Below, piece after piece: positions 7,875 to 15,717 of a DNA stretch of 64,000 nt. The position numbers and the translations under genes are program-made. Numbering within the stretch: position 1 is the stretch's first letter; each line of letters starts with the position of its first letter. The notes beneath the pieces are model-generated. The model saw only the letters and a program-made list of their open reading frames with translations. It was not told the origin of the DNA and searched no databases. The DNA lies in the NCBI GenBank assembly GCA_003962975.1, contig RXKC01000006.1, positions 9,788 to 73,787 on the forward strand. Direction: 5' to 3'. The stretch comes from Candidatus Saccharimonadota bacterium. Lineage in GTDB: Bacteria; Patescibacteriota; Saccharimonadia; Saccharimonadales; AWTP1-31.

Positions 7875-10043
7875 CTACTTTTTCTTAGCCAAAACGGTCT
7901 TTTTAGGGAATGTGAAGCCAAACGTACTGCCTTTGCCTTCTTCACTCTTAAATATCACTGCGCCACCCTGAGCTACAATTACCTTTTTCGCCATAAATAA
8001 GCCAAGCCCTGTGCCGTCAGGACGAGCTTTTTTAGCATTTCCGGCACGATAAAACTTACCAAACAGATGATGTTGCTCTGATTTTGGTACACCCAAACCG
8101 TCATCCACCACTGTAAATTCAATACTATCTGCCTTTTCTTCCAGATTAACCGCAATATGACCGCCTGCGGGGGTATAATGCAGGGCGTTATCTGTAAAGT
8201 TCATAATTACTTGGCGAATCTTAGTTTCGTCCAGATTGAGATCTGGGAAGTCCTTGGGCTTAACATACGTAAGAGTTTGCTCCTTCGTGTTAGCCATATC
8301 CTGTAGCTGCTGCATCTCTGTTTCGATAACATCTGCCAGAGGTGTTGGCTTGTTTTCGATGATGAATTTACCGGTTTTCAGACGCGATACGTTCAAGAGG
8401 TCGGCAATCAGGTAAACCATACGCTGTGAGCTCGCAAATGCCTGGTCTAACAGTTCTTTCTGCTGTTTCGTGATCTTTCCAGCATCTCCTTCCACAACCA
8501 TACTCACATAGCCTTTAACAGAGGTGAGAGGTGTTCGTAACTGATGAGAAGCCATACTAATGAACTCATCCTTAGTCTCATCTATCTCTTTTAGCTTCTC
8601 GTTGGTACGTCGTAACTGCCTAGTAGCCTCGTCAACCTTCTCTTGCAGGGTAATGTTAAAGGTCTCGATCTCCTCAAATCGGAGCGCATTTTGGATAGCA
8701 ATGACCAATTCGTTGGCGATAATATCTAACACCTGTAAATCTTGCTTGTTATAGGGATTGCCGCTCTGTTTTGGCCCTAATAACAGATAGCCGGTGTTCC
8801 CTGTGCCGCCCGTGCCAGCCAAATGAGCTGCAATAGCGATGTTATTAGCATTCATGACCTCTTTTTGCTTGTCTCGGTCATTTTCTATCTCATCGGCCAC
8901 AAATAGCTCTGTTTTGCCCTTTTTCTGGGCCTTCAGGGCTAAAATGTCATCTGCATTAAGATTTACCAGCTTAGAAAAGCTCGCTCGACGAGAAGTCCCC
9001 TCTGTTTCACGGATAATAAAGGCTACATATTCTGCCTTAAGGGTCGTCGCCACCAGATCAGACGTTTGCTTTAAGATGATATCCAGGTCAATATTCCCCA
9101 CCAACACCTTGTTTAGCTTATCTAGCAGCTCCTGTGCGTCATACGCATCCCTGTAGAACAGCCTGTTCGTTAATTTGTCGAAGAACCTCTTAAGCGGGCT
9201 AAGACTAAACCCAAAAATAAGTGTTGCGATAATGTACAGAATTTGTTGTGTACCTGTTAGGTTTCCCGTTCCTAAAAAACTACTTGATAGACCAAATATC
9301 GCTAAGACATAGGCTCCTACTAGTGTTGTGAGGGTAAAAATGTAGCCTAAGGACCTCGCAACAATTAAGCGGATATCAAGGAGTCCGTGTTTCACGATTG
9401 CAAGTGTAGTAAATACAACCAGAAAACTGAACGTGCTTGGTCCAAAATAGACCGCCCAGTTATAACCTAACAGTGGCAAAAATGCATTTGCAATTGCAGC
9501 TGGCACTACAGATACAACCATGCCTGTAAAAATATACTGAATCTGGCTTTTTTGCATCGATGACGTGGTAGTGGACTTTGATCGACGGTAAAGCTTCTTT
9601 AAACTTATCCCAATATATAAAACTAACTCTAGAAGCAATGCATAGTAAGCAAGACCCGGCACTGAGTTAAATCCATAAGCTTCAACTGACTTTATATTAA
9701 GTTCCGTAGGTGCAGTCAGCAGTATAAGAATAGGAAAAAACGAACTAAGTATTAGGTTCTTCGCTGTTAGACTTTCACCCAAAAAGCTTTTAGTAAATAT
9801 GAAGAACGTAAGCGGTATTAGAGCTGCACCAATAATCGTCGAGCGTGCAAAGAATAACGAAGTAGCAATATCTGCGTAGAGATTTGAGAGTAGATTTGAG
9901 AGCGTCCAGAGAAAAACCGCAACAATAAAAAGTACTAGTGTTTGATTTGTGCGTTTTTTATGATTACTAATAATAATTAAGCCCGCCATAAGTATGGCAA
10001 GCAAAATATTGAAACCCAGTAAAAGATTGGCGACTAATAACAT
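7875..10043 (-). CDS. Sensor histidine kinase with a multi-TM N-terminal sensor and a GAF-like region
   Basis: About 7-8 N-terminal TM helices. H-box SHQLRTPLTSVKGY, N-box NFTDNALHYTP, G1 DDGLGVP, G2 GTGLGLFMAKK. Confidence 0.9.
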   Translation of the reverse strand: MLLVANLLLGFNILLAILMAGLIIISNHKKRTNQTLVLFIVAVFLWTLSNLLSNLYADIATSLFFARSTIIGAALIPLTFFIFTKSFLGESLTAKNLILSSFFPILILLTAPTELNIKSVEAYGFNSVPGLAYYALLLELVLYIGISLKKLYRRSKSTTTSSMQKSQIQYIFTGMVVSVVPAAIANAFLPLLGYNWAVYFGPSTFSFLVVFTTLAIVKHGLLDIRLIVARSLGYIFTLTTLVGAYVLAIFGLSSSFLGTGNLTGTQQILYIIATLIFGFSLSPLKRFFDKLTNRLFYRDAYDAQELLDKLNKVLVGNIDLDIILKQTSDLVATTLKAEYVAFIIRETEGTSRRASFSKLVNLNADDILALKAQKKGKTELFVADEIENDRDKQKEVMNANNIAIAAHLAGTGGTGNTGYLLLGPKQSGNPYNKQDLQVLDIIANELVIAIQNALRFEEIETFNITLQEKVDEATRQLRRTNEKLKEIDETKDEFISMASHQLRTPLTSVKGYVSMVVEGDAGKITKQQKELLDQAFASSQRMVYLIADLLNVSRLKTGKFIIENKPTPLADVIETEMQQLQDMANTKEQTLTYVKPKDFPDLNLDETKIRQVIMNFTDNALHYTPAGGHIAVNLEEKADSIEFTVVDDGLGVPKSEQHHLFGKFYRAGNAKKARPDGTGLGLFMAKKVIVAQGGAVIFKSEEGKGSTFGFTFPKKTVLAKKK

Positions 10044-10084
10044 ACTACTAATGTTAATAGTGTACGGAAAATAAGCGAATAATA

Positions 10085-11281
10085 CTAATCTGCAGTAGCT
10101 AAGTTAAAGCCCATATATCTCTGTTGGCCTATTTCTGCGAATCCACTTGTTGAGGCAACCCCAGTATTATTTATAAGTCGTGCGATATAAGCCGCAAGGC
10201 CAAGCACATCCTTATTGAAGTCGCAACAATCGAAGCCAACGACTACTTCGTTATTAGAAGCATCGACGGCTTGAGCAAGTAAATCAATCACAGGCTGAGA
10301 ATCAAGTCCCCGACGGTTCTTTGGGTTAGTGGCTATTGCAGGGAAGTAGAGCATATCCCCGCCCTCAAATGACGCCAAAGTGGCTGCATCGATTGGATAA
10401 TTTCCCGATAGCAAGTTTTTATAAGCATTAGGATTTAACCATGGATATGGAAGTTCATGACTGAACATAACCATGTTAGCTGCCTCTCCGCCCGCCATAA
10501 AGAGAAGCTTTCCAATATCTTTACCCGATTCACTTACCATGACTTCACGAAATTCTTCTGGTGTAAAGCCTTGTCGGCATGGATGATCATTTAACACAGA
10601 AAATGCATCGGCATAGATCTCATAGAGATGGTCTGCCGTTGCTGGATCGATTGTCTCAAGATATGTTGTTCCCTCGCTAGGTAAAACATTCGGTATAACT
10701 CCTGCTGACTGCATTTTACGTAGACCGTCTTGCATGCTTAAAACTGGCGAATCAGCATCAAAGCCCGCTACTTTACGTATTCTTCCCGCGTAATAGGTTT
10801 GCGTACCTAGTTGGACCGCTTCAGTAATACGTCCACCACTCTCATGAACTAATCTACTGACACGTTCTGGATATTCAGGATCAATGCTCGGGTAATCAAA
10901 TACAACTACACCGCCGTTCGATGCCAGCTTACCTAGCGCGTCACGCACATCAGGGCCAGGTATAACACCAGGGATATCCATAAAATGACGTATATCTGCA
11001 CCTTCTGATGCATCTGGGTAACGGCTATCGTAGAGTTCTGTATTAAGCCAGGGGTAACTTGATACAGGTGCGAGCTGAGGAATAGCGTGCATACCGCTTT
11101 CTACGTCCGCAATATACGTTGACGCAACATCTTGATCGGTAGCAACTACTGCAAAGTCCTCTTCAGAAAGTCCTTGGCGCTGAGGGAAAGCGGCGTTCAC
11201 ATCAGCGAGAAGCCTGTCATAAAACTCATAGTCCCCAGCTTGTCCGCCAGCTTCGTGAATTAATGGTGATGCAATAGACAT
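10085..11281 (-). CDS. Hypothetical soluble protein co-transcribed with pdaD
   Basis: ORF 10085..11302. Likely start is ATG 11281 (MSIASPLIHEAGG), 10 nt after the pdaD stop. No family recognised. Confidence 0.6.
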   Translation of the reverse strand: MSIASPLIHEAGGQAGDYEFYDRLLADVNAAFPQRQGLSEEDFAVVATDQDVASTYIADVESGMHAIPQLAPVSSYPWLNTELYDSRYPDASEGADIRHFMDIPGVIPGPDVRDALGKLASNGGVVVFDYPSIDPEYPERVSRLVHESGGRITEAVQLGTQTYYAGRIRKVAGFDADSPVLSMQDGLRKMQSAGVIPNVLPSEGTTYLETIDPATADHLYEIYADAFSVLNDHPCRQGFTPEEFREVMVSESGKDIGKLLFMAGGEAANMVMFSHELPYPWLNPNAYKNLLSGNYPIDAATLASFEGGDMLYFPAIATNPKNRRGLDSQPVIDLLAQAVDASNNEVVVGFDCCDFNKDVLGLAAYIARLINNTGVASTSGFAEIGQQRYMGFNLATAD

Positions 11282-11291
11282 AAAATTATTC

Positions 11292-11804
11292 CTAAGCCTC
11301 ATCCTTTAGAACTGTTGCGTTGTTTTCCCAATCGCTCGCCTGGTATACAGCAACTGCAAATGCACAGATTGGCTTGTCTTTGCAGACACCGCCGACAACA
11401 GTCATATGTATCTCGCCAAAATCTACACCACGGGTTTTCATAAGGTCGCGCAGGCTATTTTTAATATCCTGTCGGACCTGGGCTTCGCTGTTTCCTTCGT
11501 GCTCAACAAAAAGACCTTTGCCATCTGTTGAATCTTGAACCCAGCCAATACCTGCCCATGCTTCTTCGTTATGAGTACTAGTGCGCTGCTCTGCATATAC
11601 CACGTAAAGTCGGTCACCCCATCCACCAACAACGTTTTGAATTGGACCGTCGACACACTCAACAGTAGTTTTTGGAGGTATAACAGAACTTAAACGAATC
11701 AAGTTTCTGTCTGCCACGCCTGTTGCGTTGAGAGCAGCATCGAAAGCTCCAAGCTGAGTTGTGCCCTTTTCTACTGCTGTTGCGACCTGTATTTTCATAT
11801 TCAC
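11292..11804 (-). CDS. pdaD: Pyruvoyl-dependent arginine decarboxylase
   Basis: About 170 aa. Self-cleavage-type motif NLIRLSSVIPP (Ser39-Ser40). The C-terminal region is also consistent with the family, from memory. Start is GTG 11804 or ATG 11798. Confidence 0.8.
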   Translation of the reverse strand: MNMKIQVATAVEKGTTQLGAFDAALNATGVADRNLIRLSSVIPPKTTVECVDGPIQNVVGGWGDRLYVVYAEQRTSTHNEEAWAGIGWVQDSTDGKGLFVEHEGNSEAQVRQDIKNSLRDLMKTRGVDFGEIHMTVVGGVCKDKPICAFAVAVYQASDWENNATVLKDEA

Positions 11805-11816
11805 TTTCGTGGAATT

Positions 11817-11863
11817 AAAAAAACGGCACGCGTGCAGATTCGTTCAATCTGTTCGCGCACCGT
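11817..11863 (-). terminator. Intrinsic-terminator-like hairpin inside the pdaD leader
   Basis: 17-nt arms (11863-11847 and 11839-11823) with 3 mismatches and a 7-nt loop. Followed on the minus strand by a U7 tract (11823-11817), which ends 12 nt before GTG 11804. Confidence 0.6.
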
Positions 11864-11894
11864 TTTAATCTTGCAAAGTTCTAAACTATGTTGC

Positions 11895-11923
11895 ATTGTA
11901 TTACATAGCTAGAGTTTTGTCAA
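11895..11923 (-). promoter_or_regulatory. Near-consensus promoter TTGACA-17-TACAAT for pdaD
   Basis: On the minus strand: TTGACA (11923-11918), 17-nt spacer, TACAAT (11900-11895). Confidence 0.7.
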
Positions 11924-11957
11924 TATTGATTTAACAATAAAACAGATGCGAAATACA

Positions 11958-11986
11958 TTGACTTTTTACTATTTTCCTGGTATTAT
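11958..11986 (+). promoter_or_regulatory. Promoter TTGACT-17-TATTAT placed 6 nt before ATG 11993 (leaderless-type)
   Basis: TTGACT 11958-11963, 17-nt spacer, TATTAT 11981-11986, then actgta and the ATG. Confidence 0.7.
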
Positions 11987-11992
11987 ACTGTA

Positions 11993-13048
11993 ATGAAACC
12001 AGGACCTGAAGGCTTTCAGCCAGTTGAACCTCCTGACTTGCCTCCTCAAGTTGTACTGCCCGAGCATTACACTGACGTAATTCTCGACCCAGCAGTTATA
12101 CTCCCTGCTCTTGACGTCCATTTGCCGCCCCCTGATGAAAACGCTCAACCTGCAGTTGATGTATGGCAAACAGGCTTACTAGAAGAAGTCCTTCACACTC
12201 AGATGCTCGCAGATGCATCTTGGAAAGAAAGCACACGAATGTCACTTCAGGCATTACGAGCCGACTACCGCGAGTACGGCAACCGTGCAATCGCTGCGTC
12301 TCGTATAGGTGGAATCGTCCTCACGCAAGGCCTGGATCGATCTCGTTTGCCATTTATATTAATCCCTGGCGCCATTACACGCACATATACCGAGACTAAT
12401 AGCGCTGCTGCTGCGGGTGCTGCAGGCTTTGCCGCCTTTACACTATGGAGCAAAATGGTCGGCGGAACTCTTGCCAGGAATATGGAGCATCTGCCAAAAA
12501 CAGTTAATACTTTTACAAAGGTGTTCCCGGGTTTTACAAGCTTCTTTACTGAAAACTTACCAGGGTTGGAGCCAGCAGAAAAGCCGCAGAAGCTAGAACG
12601 CAATCCAGAGCATGGCTGGGTCCGCCACAACGCTGCGCGAACAAAAAACTTTGGTAAGCAGATTCTAAAAAGCGCCAACACGCACTTTCGGCGTGGCATG
12701 ACTGGAATAGGACTTGGTTCTACTGCATATGTGGCGAGCACTATTGCAAATGGTAAGGGTAAGAAAGAAGCGCTGCGTGCAGGCAATCGCTTAACTTTTG
12801 ATACGGCAGCAATTATCGGCTCCCTAGGTGTAGGAATAACACTTGGCCTTGAGAAACTAGCCGAGAATGGTCACCCAGACACCGCAAAGTGGATCGACGA
12901 CTGGTTTGTAAGCAACAACAAATTCTGGAGTGCTGTTGGCCTGGGAAGTATCTATCTAAACTATCATCTCAACAAAAAGGCGCGGGAAAGCGACGCTCCA
13001 CGTATGCTTTTACCTAAGATAGTCCGACCTAGCAAACAGCAAGCTTAG
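11993..13048 (+). CDS. Hypothetical membrane-associated protein
   Basis: 351-aa ORF with a Pro-rich N-terminus and hydrophobic segments (AAAAGAAGFAAFTLW, IIGSLGVGITLGL). No family recognised. Confidence 0.6.
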   Translation: MKPGPEGFQPVEPPDLPPQVVLPEHYTDVILDPAVILPALDVHLPPPDENAQPAVDVWQTGLLEEVLHTQMLADASWKESTRMSLQALRADYREYGNRAIAASRIGGIVLTQGLDRSRLPFILIPGAITRTYTETNSAAAAGAAGFAAFTLWSKMVGGTLARNMEHLPKTVNTFTKVFPGFTSFFTENLPGLEPAEKPQKLERNPEHGWVRHNAARTKNFGKQILKSANTHFRRGMTGIGLGSTAYVASTIANGKGKKEALRAGNRLTFDTAAIIGSLGVGITLGLEKLAENGHPDTAKWIDDWFVSNNKFWSAVGLGSIYLNYHLNKKARESDAPRMLLPKIVRPSKQQA

Positions 13049-13084
13049 TGGATTCTTAACACGACTACGCTAAACTAGGTAGCA

Positions 13085-13468
13085 ATGAATACCATGACCA
13101 TCGCTATTGTTGAAGATGATGCCCCCATTGCGCAGATGTACAAGTTTAAGCTGGAAGCTGCCGGCTTTAAGACGGCTGTAGCTGGTAATGGTCAGCAAGG
13201 ACTTGAGGTAGTCGAAAAGACTAAGCCCGACCTGATTCTGCTCGACCTGCGTATGCCTGTTATGACTGGTGACGAGATGCTTGAGAAACTCCGACAAACT
13301 GAATGGGGTGCTCCGATTCGCGTTATTGTTCTTACCAACATTAGTCGCTCTGAAGCGCCACAAAGCCTTGGCCTGCTGAGTGTAGACCGCTATATCGTCA
13401 AAGCGCATCACACACCTCAGCAAGTTTTGGACATCATCCGTGAAGTTCTAAACATCCCCAGCAAGTAG
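13085..13468 (+). CDS. Stand-alone response-regulator receiver protein (paralog 1)
   Basis: VEDD acidic pair, phospho-acceptor context LILLDLRMPVMTGDE, LTN, and conserved Lys in YIVKAHHTP. No output domain. Confidence 0.85.
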   Translation: MNTMTIAIVEDDAPIAQMYKFKLEAAGFKTAVAGNGQQGLEVVEKTKPDLILLDLRMPVMTGDEMLEKLRQTEWGAPIRVIVLTNISRSEAPQSLGLLSVDRYIVKAHHTPQQVLDIIREVLNIPSK

Positions 13469-13523
13469 TGTAAATTTAGCGACAATTTTGGTTTGTAATG
13501 GCTTACGGTTATCGGTATGATCT

Positions 13524-13928
13524 ATGCTTGTGCGCAAAAAAATAACCATCATTGAAGACAACAAACCAATCGCCGAAATGTACCGTTTTAAACTCGAAAA
13601 CGAAGGCTTCGAAGTAGACCTCGCCCACACTGGTCCGTCTGGTTTGCAACTGGTAAAACGCAAGAAACCTCATCTGGTACTGCTCGACCTTAAGCTTCCT
13701 CACATGAATGGTGACGAAGTACTAGAACGTATGCGTGAACAAGATTGGGGCAAAGACATTAACGTCATTATTGCGGCAAATGTCAGCCGGGCGTATGCAC
13801 CCAAAAAACTCAGCTGGCTAGACTTTGACGAGTACATTGTCAAAGCTCACTTCACACCCGCGCAATTGCTGGTTGTGATTCGCAACATTCTGCAGCAATC
13901 TCATTCTGAACAAGGAATAAATACCTAA
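13524..13928 (+). CDS. Stand-alone response-regulator receiver protein (paralog 2)
   Basis: IIEDN, LVLLDLKLPHMNGDE, YIVKAHFTP. A TATGAT box at 13516-13521 suggests a leaderless start at in-frame GTG 13530. Confidence 0.85.
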   Translation: MLVRKKITIIEDNKPIAEMYRFKLENEGFEVDLAHTGPSGLQLVKRKKPHLVLLDLKLPHMNGDEVLERMREQDWGKDINVIIAANVSRAYAPKKLSWLDFDEYIVKAHFTPAQLLVVIRNILQQSHSEQGINT

Positions 13929-13977
13929 ATACACTTACTTGGTTGTGTTTACATAACATTTCTACTACCATGACTAC

Positions 13978-14352
13978 ATGGCGGCAGCTAAAGTAGCAAT
14001 TGTCGAAGACGACCAAGCAATCAGCCAGATGTATCGCATCAAGTTCCAGGCTGAAGGCTTTGACGTCGACACGGCTGAAAACGGCAAACTCGGGCTCGAG
14101 CTCTGTGAGCAAATGAAGCCCGATATTATTCTGCTCGACCTTATGATGCCCGAAATGACTGGCGACCAAATGCTTGCCGAACTACGCAAGAGTACCTGGG
14201 GTGCAAAGACCAAAGTCATTATTCTGACCAACATGGGCGAACAAGAAATTCCTGAAACTGTGAAAAAACTCGGTGTCAGCGCCGTAGTCCTAAAAGCAGA
14301 CATGACACCACGTCAAGTTGCTGAACTCGTAAAGAAAACCCTCGATAGCTAA
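13978..14352 (+). CDS. Stand-alone response-regulator receiver protein (paralog 3)
   Basis: VEDD, IILLDLMMPEMTGDQ, ILTN, VVLKADMTP. No output domain. Confidence 0.85.
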   Translation: MAAAKVAIVEDDQAISQMYRIKFQAEGFDVDTAENGKLGLELCEQMKPDIILLDLMMPEMTGDQMLAELRKSTWGAKTKVIILTNMGEQEIPETVKKLGVSAVVLKADMTPRQVAELVKKTLDS

Positions 14353-14388
14353 GTCTAAATTGCTCGTGCTTTCGTGTATGATAGAAGG

Positions 14389-15717
14389 ATGAGAATTGCC
14401 GTTATTGGCTATGGTCGTCAAGGCCGAGCTGCTGTTGAATACTGGGGGGAAGACAATGAAGTTACTGTTTGCGATTCAAATGAGAATCTTGAACTTCCAG
14501 ACAATGTCGATCGCCAACTTGGCAAAGACTATCTAAAAGACCTCGACCGTTTTCATTGGATCATTCGGGGCCCGATCATTCACCCTGACGACATTGTGGC
14601 GGCTAACGGCAAGCAGATACTCAAGAAGATCACTACCACTACCGAAGAATTCATCCGTGTTTGCCCAGCGCCAATTATCGGTGTGACCGGCACCAAAGGT
14701 AAAGGCACCACCTCTTCGCTGATTACCAAGATCCTCGAAACCGCCGGTAAAAAAGTACACCTGGGTGGCAATATTGGTATTGCACCACTTGAAATGCTGA
14801 AGTGGAAGATCAAGCCAAGCGACTGGGTTGTACTTGAACTGGCTAACTTTCAGCTGATCGATCTAGGCCTGTCACCAAAAATTGCCGTGTGCTTAATGGT
14901 CGTGCCCGAACACCTTGATTGGCATAGAGACATGGCAGAATATGTTGGCGCTAAACAAAACTTGTTCCGACATCAGTCCAGCAAAGATTTGGCCATTTTT
15001 AACCGCCTCAGTGATTTCTCGGGCGAAGTCGTTGAAGTCTCACCTGCCCTCAAACTGTCTTACGAAGTACCAGCCGTCGGCCAGAACCCCGCTGAAAAGA
15101 ATGGTGCCTACGTATTGGGCGAAGACATCTATATGGATGATGAAAAAGTCTGTAGCATATCAGAGGTTAATCTGCTTGGTCGCCACAACCTCGAGAACGT
15201 TTGTGCCGCCATTGCTGCCACCTGGGATCTGATCGACAATGATGCAAGCGTTGTGCAGCGAGCATTGAAAGATTTTGTTGGTTTGCCTCATCGTTTGGAG
15301 CGCGTCCGCAGCTTTCGTGATGTCACCTTTTATAATGATTCGTTTGCAGCCACCCCCGAGGCAGCCGTCGCTGCCATGCACGCTATTCCTGGTGATAAAG
15401 TTATGATCTTGGGTGGTTTTGACCGGGGTCTTGATATGTCAGTTTTTGCGAAAGGCATACAAGACGAACCGACCGTCAAGAAGGCTTTACTCGTTGGGCA
15501 AACCGCTCCTCGCATCGCCGATGAACTCACCAAAGCTGGCTTTACCAACTTTGTGCAACTAGAGGCCAAGGACATGCAAACCATAGTTGCAGCCGGCTTG
15601 GCTGCAACTAAAGCTGGACAAGCAGTTGTGCTTTCGCCAGGTTGCCCAAGCTTTGACATGTTTAAAAACTTTGAGGACCGCGGCTTGCAATTCAAGAAAG
15701 AGGTAGATGCCCTATGA
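14389..15717 (+). CDS. murD: Mur ligase, MurD-type (UDP-MurNAc-L-Ala:glutamate ligase)
   Basis: Rossmann N-terminus IAVIGYGRQG, P-loop GVTGTKGKGTT, LPHRLE. NDSFAATP occupies the place of the canonical NDSKATN. Start is ATG 14389, 6 nt after TATGAT. Confidence 0.8.
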   Translation: MRIAVIGYGRQGRAAVEYWGEDNEVTVCDSNENLELPDNVDRQLGKDYLKDLDRFHWIIRGPIIHPDDIVAANGKQILKKITTTTEEFIRVCPAPIIGVTGTKGKGTTSSLITKILETAGKKVHLGGNIGIAPLEMLKWKIKPSDWVVLELANFQLIDLGLSPKIAVCLMVVPEHLDWHRDMAEYVGAKQNLFRHQSSKDLAIFNRLSDFSGEVVEVSPALKLSYEVPAVGQNPAEKNGAYVLGEDIYMDDEKVCSISEVNLLGRHNLENVCAAIAATWDLIDNDASVVQRALKDFVGLPHRLERVRSFRDVTFYNDSFAATPEAAVAAMHAIPGDKVMILGGFDRGLDMSVFAKGIQDEPTVKKALLVGQTAPRIADELTKAGFTNFVQLEAKDMQTIVAAGLAATKAGQAVVLSPGCPSFDMFKNFEDRGLQFKKEVDAL

